IMG/VR virus record: IMGVR_UViG_3300032231_000265
Location: 1 to 38,966 of that record
From: a virus
Lineage: Duplodnaviria; Caudoviricetes
Direction: 5' to 3' (one strand)
DNA: 38,966 nucleotides
Made by a program: the position numbers and the translations under genes. The notes below the pieces were generated by a model. It did no database searches, was not told the origin of the DNA, and saw nothing but the letters and a program-made list of their open reading frames with translations. This document shows, piece by piece, positions 1 to 11,000 of the stretch (within the stretch, counting starts at the first letter, position 1; each line of letters starts with the position of its first letter).

Positions 1-1959
1 ACAGGTCAAGAACATTGGATCAGTAGTTACGATAGTTCCATAAATCAGCGTGGCTGGATATTCGACTGGATTAGTGGCGACCTGCGGTTCTATTCGGACC
101 CCGACGGTACTGGGGTGAGTGAGGTATTTATACTAAGAGCCTACACGCCAGCCGCCGACACTTGGATTCACTTCGCTATTTCACGGATAGGTAATGTATT
201 GCGCTTCTTTGCTGACGGTGTGCAGGTAGGCGCAGATGCCACAATCACGATGACTATCCATAATTCTACAGCCGACCTCATCATAGGTGCAGTCAACGGG
301 TTTAGTGGCATTACTGGATGGATGAATGGGTGGCTAGACGACATCCGTATCACTAACGGTGTCGCAGTATATACAGCTGACTTCACCCCACCGACAGAGC
401 CTCACAGTATCGGCGCGACAGCAGCAGCAGATGAGGTGTTCATCGGTGGTGACCCTGCATACACGACTCGTATTGATGGGCTGAACCTTGAGCTGACCGC
501 ACCAACAGCCGTGACTGGCACGCTTGATGTCACAGGTGCAGCTACAGTCGGTGACACACTGGATGTGAATGGTGCGGTCGCTCTACAGGACACACTGGAT
601 GTTGCTGGTGCGGCGACATTTCAGTCCACACTAGACATGTTTGGTGACACCCTTACGGCAACCCCACCAACTACCGAGAGCTGCTATGCGCAAATGCGCT
701 TCTACGATGCTGATGGTTCAGACCTTCTCGGTGAGATCGGGTTTGGTCGGTTCGGTTTTGGTCCGAGTCACGATATAAATATAAATAACCACTATAACAG
801 TGGCAGGATTCTTCTTAGAGCCGACAATGCCTTGAACCTTCAGGTGACCCTGCTTGTCGCTAGTTCTATCAGTGGTGTTACTCTCTATCACCCTGACCGT
901 GGAATATCCTTTAAGACTACGGCGGCTGGTGCACAGGTAGTAGGTGAATTAACTGTTGACGAAAAGATAATCGGTGACACACTGGATGTGAATGGTGCGG
1001 TCACGATTTACGATGCCACAGGCGCTGACTCGGCTGCGTTTAGTCACGATGGCACTGACTTCAATACAGCCTTTACCAACACGACTGACTGGAATGTCAC
1101 AGGGCATACTGGGACAACAGTGCTTGGTGGTGATGGTTTGTCCATTACTGGTTCAGGGCAGCTTACGACCACTCCAACCGGAGCAACCGTTCCGTCTGTT
1201 CTGGATATTCCGTCTCGAACTCTCGGCGCATTTGAGCAACAGTTTGCAGTTGGCATTGGCTCTGCTTCAGCCAGCACGGCTCGTGTGTTCAGCGTCTTCG
1301 ATCAGCGCGGCGGCGGCACAGCTCACCAGCCATCAATTGGTGTGTTTAGCCCAGACGAAACCGACTTGTTTGGTTTTTCTTGGGAGGGAGCCAACACCAC
1401 AGCGTATCTCAAGTCTATAGCTGCCAACTTGGCATTCCGGGTAGGTTCTACGACGTATATGTCGATAGACACCGGGGCCACATCGGTTAATGTCGTCAAC
1501 GCGAGTTTCCGCGTCTACGACTCAGGCTCTACTGACTACGCTGATTTCAGCCACGACGGCACGGATTTCAACACCGCGTTCACAAACACGACTGACTGGA
1601 ACATCACCAGCCTTACGTCTATTCAGGCTGGTACTGTTGATGCAGATTTCGATGCCATAACTGCTACCAGTTATGGTGGTATTGCTGAAGCCGATCTGGT
1701 AGACAAGACGGCTGATGAAACTTTCGACGGGGTATGCACTTTTGCTGATGATGTGGTGTCTCAGACTTATCTCCAGCTAAGGACCGCGACTGATACTGAA
1801 CTGAATGACATAACCGATGCAGTTAATACTGACCCGGGTAAAGTGCAGGGTGCTGTCGCTTACAATACGACAACAGATAACCCGGTCTACGCAACAGGTG
1901 ACACCGATGGAGCTGTCTGGGTAGACGGCGCTGGCACAACAGTGAATACACCAGTATGA
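1..1959 (+). CDS. Tail fibre / receptor-binding protein, 5'-partial, with LamG/concanavalin-like domain and internal repeats
   Basis: Frame is open from base 1. LamG-like motifs WIHFAISR..LRFFADG..LIIG..GWLDDIRIT; Thr/Asp/Gly-rich repeats (GDTLDVNGAV x2, FSHDGTDFNTAFTNTTDWN x2); lies upstream of the ejection genes. Confidence 0.75.
   Translation, partial: TGQEHWISSYDSSINQRGWIFDWISGDLRFYSDPDGTGVSEVFILRAYTPAADTWIHFAISRIGNVLRFFADGVQVGADATITMTIHNSTADLIIGAVNGFSGITGWMNGWLDDIRITNGVAVYTADFTPPTEPHSIGATAAADEVFIGGDPAYTTRIDGLNLELTAPTAVTGTLDVTGAATVGDTLDVNGAVALQDTLDVAGAATFQSTLDMFGDTLTATPPTTESCYAQMRFYDADGSDLLGEIGFGRFGFGPSHDININNHYNSGRILLRADNALNLQVTLLVASSISGVTLYHPDRGISFKTTAAGAQVVGELTVDEKIIGDTLDVNGAVTIYDATGADSAAFSHDGTDFNTAFTNTTDWNVTGHTGTTVLGGDGLSITGSGQLTTTPTGATVPSVLDIPSRTLGAFEQQFAVGIGSASASTARVFSVFDQRGGGTAHQPSIGVFSPDETDLFGFSWEGANTTAYLKSIAANLAFRVGSTTYMSIDTGATSVNVVNASFRVYDSGSTDYADFSHDGTDFNTAFTNTTDWNITSLTSIQAGTVDADFDAITATSYGGIAEADLVDKTADETFDGVCTFADDVVSQTYLQLRTATDTELNDITDAVNTDPGKVQGAVAYNTTTDNPVYATGDTDGAVWVDGAGTTVNTPV
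548..1002 (+). repeat. Perfect 32-bp direct repeat inside the tail-fibre gene (548-579 and 971-1002)
   Basis: tcggtgacacactggatgtgaatggtgcggtc occurs at both positions. Confidence 0.9.
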
Positions 1960-2035
1960 ACAATCTGATCAGCGGCAGCGACCGACACGACAGCCATCCT
2001 GAGCGGAATGCTGATAGACGACTAGGAGAGAGAAT

Positions 2036-2161
2036 ATGATGAATTTGATTATTGGAATGGTGGCTGGAGGGCTGATTGTTGCCCTAATCCCACCTGAGTA
2101 CGAGGACCGGCTTCGAGTCGGAATTATCAATCAGTGGAAAAAAGTTACTAAGAAGGGGTAA
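2036..2161 (+). CDS. Small membrane protein (41 aa, not in ORF track)
   Basis: AGGAG RBS; MMNLIIGMVAGGLIVALIPPEYEDRLRVGIINQWKKVTKKG; stop lies just before the next ATG. Confidence 0.6.
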   Translation: MMNLIIGMVAGGLIVALIPPEYEDRLRVGIINQWKKVTKKG

Positions 2162-2162
2162 A

Positions 2163-2633
2163 ATGACAACGATTAAGATCAGACCGGCTAAGCCCTTGGA
2201 CACCTCGAACATCGCTCGATTGCTTATCGAGTGCCATGGCGAGGGAAGCGCTTACCCACCAGTCGATCATACAGTTGGAATCAACTGGATAACACAGACC
2301 CTATCCAATGGCTTCGTTCTCGTAGCCGATGTGTCTGGCAGACTGGTGGGAACACTGGCTCTCACCAATTACCAATTTCCGTGGTCACCCAAGTGGTACA
2401 TGTACTTGGAATGGCTCTATGTGCAGAAGAAGTTTCGGAAAGGTGGAGCATTCGAGGCGCTTATACAAGCCACTCACGCTCATGCTGACGAGAAGGATGC
2501 ACCAATAGTTGCCGGGGTTTCGGCGGCTGATGCTGATGTCCTGTTGAAGGACAAGCTATTCAAGCAGCACGGCTACCAGTATCTCGGCGGCGACTTCATT
2601 AGGAGTGAAGCCAGTGGGAGGCAAGAAAACTAA
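2163..2633 (+). CDS. GNAT-family acetyltransferase
   Basis: IRPA..D start, VADVSGRLVG, motif A LEWLYVQKKFRKGGAFEALI, C-terminal LFKQHGY; GNATs are common in podovirus tail/ejection blocks. Confidence 0.85.
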   Translation: MTTIKIRPAKPLDTSNIARLLIECHGEGSAYPPVDHTVGINWITQTLSNGFVLVADVSGRLVGTLALTNYQFPWSPKWYMYLEWLYVQKKFRKGGAFEALIQATHAHADEKDAPIVAGVSAADADVLLKDKLFKQHGYQYLGGDFIRSEASGRQEN

Positions 2634-3597
2634 GAGCACCCAAACATACAGACCAGCTGGGTACGTTGAGGATAACGCACGGCTGGCGAATCAGATCGGC
2701 GCTCGCATCGGAACTAAACAGTGGGAAGGTTACTCTGGTGATCGTGTAGCTGGCCTGTCTGAGAACGAGCAGATGGGCATGGAGATGGCTCGCGATAACG
2801 TGGGCATCGGTCAGCCATACTTCGATCGAGCTGCGAGTTACGCTGAAAGCGGCGCTCAGTCTTGGGCTGACGCTGACCAATCCAGATACATCAACCCGTA
2901 CATTAAGGGCGCACTCGACCCAGCAGCGCGTGAGATACGCGAGGAAGGTGCAAGAGGCGCTATGGCGCTCGATGCCCGTGCCAGTAGCATGGATGCCTTC
3001 GGTGGCAGTAGAGCGGCTCTGATGCGCTCTGAGAACCGCGAGAAGACTATTCAGGGTGTCTCCGACCTGTACGGTAAGGGCTACGCTGATGCGTACAAGT
3101 TTGGTGCCGAGATGTTCGGTGACGACAAGGCGCGGGAGATGATGGCATCGGATCGCTTCAGGCAGCTCGGTGGCGACGTGATTGACGCATCTCAAACCGA
3201 CATCTCAACCCTTATGACGACCGGAGCTGTGGATCGCAACATCCAGCAGGCTGTGGCTGACTTCGATTTCGCTCAGTTCATGGAAGAGCGCGACTGGGAC
3301 TGGAAGCAGCTCATGGGAGTGGTCTCCGCGATGGAGGGATCGAAGGGTTCGTACACGACAACCCAGACCAAGGAAACTGAAGAGAGCGGAGGTAACGCTG
3401 CCGCAGTTATTGGTGGCATCGCTCAGGTGGTTGCTGCGATGTACACAGGTGGAGCGTCTCTGGCGCTCACTGCTGGAGCTAAAGGTGCATCCAGCGCCCT
3501 TGGTGGTGGTGGAGGTGGTGGTGAAATGGGTGGCTCTGCGATTGGTGACTTTGGCAGTATGCCCGACTCGTTCGCAACCGGAAGCACACCAAGTTAA
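2614..3597 (+). CDS. Putative ejection (internal virion / DNA transfer) protein
   Basis: GTG at 2614 follows AGGAG (2601-2605); MGGKKTKSTQT start, YINPY and AFGGSR motifs, Gly/Ala-rich hydrophobic C-terminus; position. Confidence 0.65.
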   Translation: MGGKKTKSTQTYRPAGYVEDNARLANQIGARIGTKQWEGYSGDRVAGLSENEQMGMEMARDNVGIGQPYFDRAASYAESGAQSWADADQSRYINPYIKGALDPAAREIREEGARGAMALDARASSMDAFGGSRAALMRSENREKTIQGVSDLYGKGYADAYKFGAEMFGDDKAREMMASDRFRQLGGDVIDASQTDISTLMTTGAVDRNIQQAVADFDFAQFMEERDWDWKQLMGVVSAMEGSKGSYTTTQTKETEESGGNAAAVIGGIAQVVAAMYTGGASLALTAGAKGASSALGGGGGGGEMGGSAIGDFGSMPDSFATGSTPS

Positions 3598-3608
3598 GGA
3601 TTTATATC

Positions 3609-5036
3609 ATGCTCATTAAAGATGACCCACTCAAAGGTGCATTGCCACCAGCTCCGAACACAACTGGATCGCCAGCACTGGCTGGGCAACCTCCATCAAT
3701 AACTGGCGCTCAACCAAATTTACCTGTTCCTGATATGCAGGGGCAGGGTTCAGCTTTGGCACCTGCATCACCCGGTAGTGGTAGTGCGAACATTGGCGCA
3801 CCCCTGTCCAATGCAGCACCAGAACAGCAGGCTGGTGCAGGTGCCAATTTAGACCTTGTGAAGGATCGCGGAACGCCTGACGAGTTTCACGCTAAGAACC
3901 TTGCAGAGGTTGGTAGCGAGAGGGCTACCAGCTTGGCATTCGAGATTATTGGTGGGCGCAATAACAGCATGGGTGTTGCTCCTGAAGACATTCGTCGTCA
4001 GGGCGCTCGCGCAAACGCATCGCTTGGCATGGAGACCCCAGAGAAGGCACAGCAGATTGTAAATGAAGTTGTGTTTAAGCCAACGCTCGCCACCATGAGA
4101 GCGGAGGTTGATCAGGAGGTTATCTCAGCAGACGACGCTGGCATTCGCGGTACGCAGCTGATCGCCAATGTAAATGGCGCTGAGACCGAGGATGACCTCA
4201 AAGAGATCGCCATGGAGGTGCATAACGAAACCACTGGCGAGACCATCAAGAAGAACAAGGTCGAGGACCTCAACTGGTGGGGATCGGTCAAGAAGTGGTG
4301 GAACAAGGGTAAGGGCAATCCAGATGAGCAGGTCACTGGCTTCATGGGCGGTATGAACAGGAATGAGCTTGGCATGTTCGTGTTCCAGTGGGGCGCACTG
4401 ATGATGGCGAACTCAAGCGAAGGTCTGGGTCCAGCAATGGGCATGGCTGGCATGGGCGCTATAGCTGGGCATCAGGGTCGCGAGACTCAAGCGCAACAGA
4501 GCGCACTCGAAGAGCGCAAGGTCGCTGCTGCCGAGATGACAGCAGGAGCTGCCCAGACCAGAGCAGAAGCTGAGTCAAACAAGACGGCGAACATCCAGTG
4601 GGGTAAGGACGGAGCTTATGTCATCGAGCGTCAGGAGGATGGCACGTGGAAGGCTGTTCCTCTCAAGGACTCGGAGACAAGCGCACAGCTTGCACCGGGA
4701 CTCACACCCGGATCGAAGCAAGGTCAGTTCCGCGACCAGTGGATGTACGACCAGATGATCGCAGCTGGCTATACAGAGCGGCAGGCTGTTGACTTCATCA
4801 ACGGTGCGCCAACAGAGTCTGAGGTTAAGTTGACGGTGCAGCGCGTCTGGTTGTCTTACGATGACAGGCAGAAGCTGCGTTCACCAATCAGCGGTGAGGT
4901 AAAGAACAAGTCTGAGTTCACTGAGGCTGAATACAAGAAGTGGCTCGATGAGCAGGTAGGGGCATGGTCGTCAGGTGGGGCGCTCCCACCAACCACGGAC
5001 CCCGGTAAAGATGCAGTTGATGAGTACAGTGAATGA
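3609..5036 (+). CDS. Putative second ejection / internal virion protein
   Basis: 475 aa; Pro/Ala-rich N-terminus, hydrophobic Gly-rich segment; ATGA overlap with the giant ORF. Confidence 0.55.
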   Translation: MLIKDDPLKGALPPAPNTTGSPALAGQPPSITGAQPNLPVPDMQGQGSALAPASPGSGSANIGAPLSNAAPEQQAGAGANLDLVKDRGTPDEFHAKNLAEVGSERATSLAFEIIGGRNNSMGVAPEDIRRQGARANASLGMETPEKAQQIVNEVVFKPTLATMRAEVDQEVISADDAGIRGTQLIANVNGAETEDDLKEIAMEVHNETTGETIKKNKVEDLNWWGSVKKWWNKGKGNPDEQVTGFMGGMNRNELGMFVFQWGALMMANSSEGLGPAMGMAGMGAIAGHQGRETQAQQSALEERKVAAAEMTAGAAQTRAEAESNKTANIQWGKDGAYVIERQEDGTWKAVPLKDSETSAQLAPGLTPGSKQGQFRDQWMYDQMIAAGYTERQAVDFINGAPTESEVKLTVQRVWLSYDDRQKLRSPISGEVKNKSEFTEAEYKKWLDEQVGAWSSGGALPPTTDPGKDAVDEYSE

Positions 5037-8000
5037 GCACACCACAGCAACAGGAACTGGAACGAGCACAGCAGGCTCGTGAGCGAGCTAGTGCTGCCGG
5101 TGACTCGGATGCCGTTAATGCAATAGACGGATACATCAGCCAGATTCAGCAGTCCATTGGCTCTATAGAGCAGGAGGATGACGACCGTGATCCAGACCTG
5201 TTCCCCGGTGTGTCTGGTCCAGCGCTCAGCCCACAAGAACGAAAGCTAAAGATCGGCGCTCTTGAGAGAGCGCAGCTTGAGGTCGGTCCTACTGCTGGTG
5301 AGATTGAAGAGAAGGGCGCTCTCTTTGGTGGGTGGGGTCAGGGTCTGACTCCAGAAGTGTTTGAGAGCAGCCGCAGGGCTGAGCAGGTGCGTCAACGAGC
5401 CGCTCAGGGTGGTGGTCTGAATCCGCTTACCGATCGAGAGCAACAGGCGATGGCTGAGATCGAGGGGTTCGAGCGAGACCAGAACTTGCCTGATGCTAAC
5501 TTTGCTGAGGCGCAGCAGTACCGGCCAGCCAGTACAGACAAGAGGGCACCGGATGGGCCACTAATGCCCGGTGACCGTCTGGTCGTTGACCCAGAGACAG
5601 GTCAGGTACGCAAGGCTGCGAAGTCTCCAGAGACTCTGGCAGAGCGGCGCATTGCTGAACGCAAGCTGTCTGATGCTAGTGCTCAGGTTAAGACTGGCAC
5701 ACAGCAGATGATTGCTAACCGGCTGCTATCAGAAGAGGCAGAGATTGAAAGCCGTAAGCTGACGCAGCAGATCATCTTTGAGCAGCTGTCCGAGCAGGAA
5801 CAAAAGCGCCTTAAAGAACAGTTCAAGGGCAAGGAGATCAAGGACGTTGCTCCAGCTGCATTCATTAAAGCGGTTGAAGCCAACCCTGAGAATCAGGATG
5901 TCCTTGATGGCATCTCTGGCGACGAGAGCTGGGAAATTGTCAAGGAACGCTGGAGGCGCATCGGCAACAAGATTCTTGGTCTACGCGCTCCGTACCCCGG
6001 CATGGCTGAGGCGCACAACATTACCGGCGCTGCTGATCCTCAAGGCGACGTATTTGGCATCGAGACCAACTTGGTTCCAGAGGGCTTCTACGAAGGCAAG
6101 GGTAAGGATGCGCCACTCTACCCCGGTGCTTCTGAGCACATGCAGGAGTACCTGAACTCAGCCAACTCGATTCACTTTTATGAGAACGTCATTCAGCCTG
6201 CGTTTAAGGCTGAGGACAAAGAGACCGGCAGGGAGATCATGCCGGGTGAGCGGCTGAGTAAATACGTCGAGAAGGTTCGGCAGGAGACCTACAGCCCGGA
6301 AGCGCTGGAGAAAAAGAAGAAACGCTTCGTTGCTGAGGACGCTACTTTTTACAACCCGTTCTCATGGGCAGACGGAACCACGGCGATGCCATGGGACGAC
6401 TTCGATGCCTTCATGATCCATGTGTTTGAGAACACCCCACAGATCGCGGTTGGCATTATTGCTGCTCGTATGGGTGGTCGTGGTGGCGCTGGTTTGGCTG
6501 GCAGGATTCACGCAGGTCAGCGACTAAGTAGAATTGAAACGATGCGCCGCAGGGCGTCTGGCATCGGAGGTGCTGCGAGCGGTGGTGGCACAGAGGGGCT
6601 GCTTATTCATGATGCGGTGAAAGAGCAGATCACCCAAGGTATGAACGAACTCGAAAACGAGGCGTTCGAGAACAGTCCCTACTACCTCTCCATGATCGAG
6701 GCTGGCTTTCCTGATGAGGTTGCCAGACAGGTACTGACTGCTGAGACAGCGAGGCTTGGTGGTAAGACCGCATTCGTTGGGTCGGGGCTGCTGATGGGCG
6801 CTCCCATGGGCTACCTGTTTGGCAGGGCTGCTGCTGGACGCATAGGAGGCTCTCTACAGCGCGAGGGCGCTCTTCAGACGGTCGGGCGCATTGGTACGGC
6901 TGGTGGTCTTGAGGCTATACAGGAAGGCTCTCAGGAGGTCTCAGAGGATGTCATCACCAATCTCGGCATGAGAGCGGTTGACCCTGATCGCCCGATCTTC
7001 GATGACGTGTTGAACACCTTCATGGGTGGCGCACTGATCTCGTTCGTTCCGGGCGCTCTTGGTGGTGTCCAGCGCAGCGATCCAGCTGGTCTGACGAAAG
7101 AAGACAAGACCGTGATGGACGCTACGCAGGACTACATGGATGCGACCAACCGTCGCTATTCATTTGAGGCGAGCATTACATCACCACAGTACATCGAGAA
7201 TACAGCGCCACAGCAACGCCTAAGTGACCTGAAGAAGCTGGAGAAGCTACAGGAGAAAGAGGCTCAGCAGATACTGGCGAATCAGGATGTCATGCGTGAC
7301 CACCTGACCAAGAAGGGTGGACCAACAGCTGATACCGAGCTGATGATGCTAGATCGACTGGTCGCCAGAGCTAACGCCACCCTGACCGACATCGCGGTTG
7401 CTCGCTCACGCAGGACCACCTCGACTCAGGCGCTGGAGCAGTACAAGCGCGAGCAGTCAGAACGCAAGTACATTCAGAATCAGATCGATGATCAGGTTCT
7501 GGAAATTCACGACATCGCTCGCCTTGCCAACAACATCGATAAGGTGCAGCAGGGCGAGGCGCTCACCTCTCCAGAGGAATACAAGGAGCTGATCAAGCAG
7601 GGCTGGGCGAAGGAAACCGAGTCAGGCGAGTTCATTATCCTACCGAAGGGGTCGCGAGCACTGAACCATCTGGTGCAGCAGCACGAGTCTCTGATCAAGA
7701 AACTGGAGAAGGGCTACACAGGCGTTGATCGACGCTCCGAGGGCAATGCTGAGCTGCGTGCCAAAATGGATGCGATGACTGAGGATGAGTTCGAGACAGC
7801 CATCTATCGTCGTGAGATCACCGGACTACAGAATCGTCGTGCCATGAATGAGCGGCTGGAGAAGGACCCGGACGCACAGAGCTTCGCATACGCTGACCTC
7901 GACTCACTGGGCTGGGTCAACGACAACATGGGTCACAATGCTGGTGACAAGTTCCTGATGACAGCTGGTCAGGCTTTCCTTGAGGAAGATGGCAAGAACG

Positions 8001-11000
8001 GGATACAGGTGTACCACGTCTCCGGTGACGAGTTCGTCATGTCCGGTAAGACCGAAGCTGATGTTGAGGCGGCAATGAAGCGCGTGCGTGACCGCATGGC
8101 AGCGAAGCCGATCAAGGCAGGCATGGATCAGTTCAACCCCAGCCTCACATGGGCAACCGGGGAGACAGTTGAGGCCGCTGACGCAGCCAACAACCGTATG
8201 GCTGAGAGTCGCAAGGTGTCAGGCAAGCGAGCTGCTAAGGGTGGCGCTCCAGTCAGTCACAAGGACATCGGTTCCACGCAGGGTGTGTTGCTGGATCGTG
8301 CTGGAGGGTCTCAAAGTCGTAGAGGCACTACTTATTTTGAGGGCATTACAAGGGACGACCGTACCACTAAGAGTGGAAAAAGGATCGAGTATTTCGTTGA
8401 TGAAAGCGATGAGTCTGGCTCAGTTGTATTCAAGAGAAGAATTGATGGCAAGGTATCTAACTCATCATCTGTAAATATTGAAGCTAGTGAATTTATCCCG
8501 ATGCTGGACAGTGAGTCGCGGGATCAGTTTGAAGAGATGTATGCCGATGAACAAGACGTTCAGGTCTCAATAAAAAGCGTAAAGACAAACCCAAAGACTG
8601 GCGAAAAAATCTACGAGGTCAGAGTATCAGCTGAAGGTTCCATTAAGGTTGATATGACATTTATTGGTGAGGCTGGTCCTATTCAGGATGACATGTTCGG
8701 GGCTGAGCCAGCCCAGTGGTCTGACATCAGGAGAGAGATTGAGATCGGTGATGAGGTCGAGATCATTACGCCAGAGAACCGGGTGGTCACTGGCACGGTC
8801 TCCATGGTTACGCGCAAACGTGGGCGTGACCGCATCAAGGTGTTCGTTGAGGGGCATGAGGTTACCTTCAACCCATTCAAAAACTGGATGATCGAACCAA
8901 AGAACCCGAACGCACTGCGTGACATCTCGCCGCAGGCTGCTGTGAATCAGGCTATGCCGGGATCGCAGCCGAACGTGGTGCCTGACATCATGATTGGCAG
9001 GGTTGGCAGGGACGGTCAGTGGTACGCAGACATGTCTGCCCTTGGCACTGAGTACCAGTATCAGGGCGAGACGTGGCAGGCACCAAGGGAGCTGGCTCCA
9101 ACGCTGCCTCGCGCCACCAAGAAAAAGAGACGCAAAGCCGAGACAGTGGTCCGAGCACTCTTCGGCAAGTACAAGAACCTGCCGCGCATCCAGCTCTGGG
9201 ATAGCTGGGACGATATACCTGATGAGATTCAGCAGGCGATCTATGATGAGGGCGGCACGGCTCACAGCACTCGTGGCTGGTTCGATCACAATGATCCGTC
9301 ACGTGGTGTACACATCATCCTGCCGAATGCGATCAACATCGTTGAGAGAAGGATCAAGGGACTCAATGAGACGGAGATTATCGAGCGTGCAGTAGCTGAG
9401 ACGCTGTTCCATGAGATCGTAGGTCACTATGGCATACGCGGACTCATCGGTAACGAGACAGAGCTGCGGTCACTGATGCACCAGCTGGTTGACTCTATGT
9501 CAGGCAAGCGGCGCAAGTCCATGTATAACCTGCTTGGGCTGAGTCAGATGCACCCACAGAACAGGCCAGTATGGAAGGAGCTGGACGAGAACCAGCGCAG
9601 AAAAGAACTCCAGAAGTGGGACGCTGAGAAGCAGCTGGTTGGTGAGGAATACATCGCTTACATGGTGGGCGACAACCACGCTAAGCTGAGCGAGCCTGAC
9701 CCTGAGACCAAGGGGATCATCAAGAAGATCATCGCATGGGTGAAAAGCTGGATGGTGCGTAACGATTACGCCAAGTACTTCCACAACCCAGCGAAGACAG
9801 CAGTCAAGAAAGCAGCTAAGAACGAGCGCATCACTGATGATGATGTGGCGAACCTGATTGCTCAGGCGCAGGACTTTGTTCGTTACCGGAGCGAGTGGCA
9901 CTGGACCTCACTGGGCGGCGATACATCGTCACTGGTCAGCCAAGGTCTGCGACTGATGCGAGATGGTGACATCTTCCAGAGCGGTCTGGTTACTGCTATC
10001 GAATACGGCAAGACCGAGCAGCTCATCTGGCGCACCGAGAAGAAAGACTACAACATAAAGAGCAAGGGCGAGCTGAAGCGCATTAAGAAGCAGGTGCCCA
10101 ACGGTGAAGAGATCAGTGGCAAACTACCCATCTTCCCGGCTGAGGGAACGATCGCAGAGTACAAGGCTGCTATCGAGCTTGCTGTGAATGAAGGCTACGT
10201 CACCCAGAACGAGGTGAAGACGCAGCGCATTATCGCCTTCCTCGACAACCTGTCACAGGCTGACTTGGCAACGTACCTGCCGCGCAGTAGCAGAGACCCA
10301 TGGTGGCTGAACCAGATGCAGCCAGTGCGCGAGAGCCTGATGACGGCAGCTAAGATTGCTGAGTGGAATGATCAGGGTATTGACCCGAACACCATCCTTC
10401 CAGAAGACAAGCAGATGACGACCGAGGAAGCGTACAAGCTACTGCTCAGTCAGAATGAGATTGTCTGGAAAAATCAGGGCGACGATACCGAGCACAGGTT
10501 CGGCGGCAAGGATTATGACGATGTAACCGATGGAGACATCGAGCAGTTGAAGGCGCTACCAAGCGTGCTGCGTCGTGCGTATGAGCAGGCGCAGGAAACG
10601 GTCTTGTCTGAGACAAAGATCGGCAAGCGACAGAAGGTTCCCAGAGAACTGCTGACGGCATACATGAATGGCGAGAAGGTCATCCGCATCAGCTTCAAGA
10701 CGCTCGCCATGCGAACCGGCAGCATGGAAGAGTCGGCGCGTGAGGTCCTTGGTGAGGATGAGTTCAACGAGATTCACAATGACTACGGCTTCGTAGATAT
10801 TGATGAGTGGGTAAACGATGAAAGGATTGATGAGGAAGCCGCAGCAGAGATCAGGCACGCACATGACGAATCTCAAGCCAAGGGTTACAACATTGGATAC
10901 AACGAGCAGTCAGGCGAATGGTTTGATGTAGCACCAAGCTCAGCTGCCCATACTAGCTACATGCCTCACTACGAAGCATCCGTTGATGGCTCGGCTCGAA

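Noticed and set aside
548-1610. Diversity-generating retroelement TR/VR pair
   Set aside because: Differences are synonymous rather than adenine-specific, and no reverse transcriptase is in the window.
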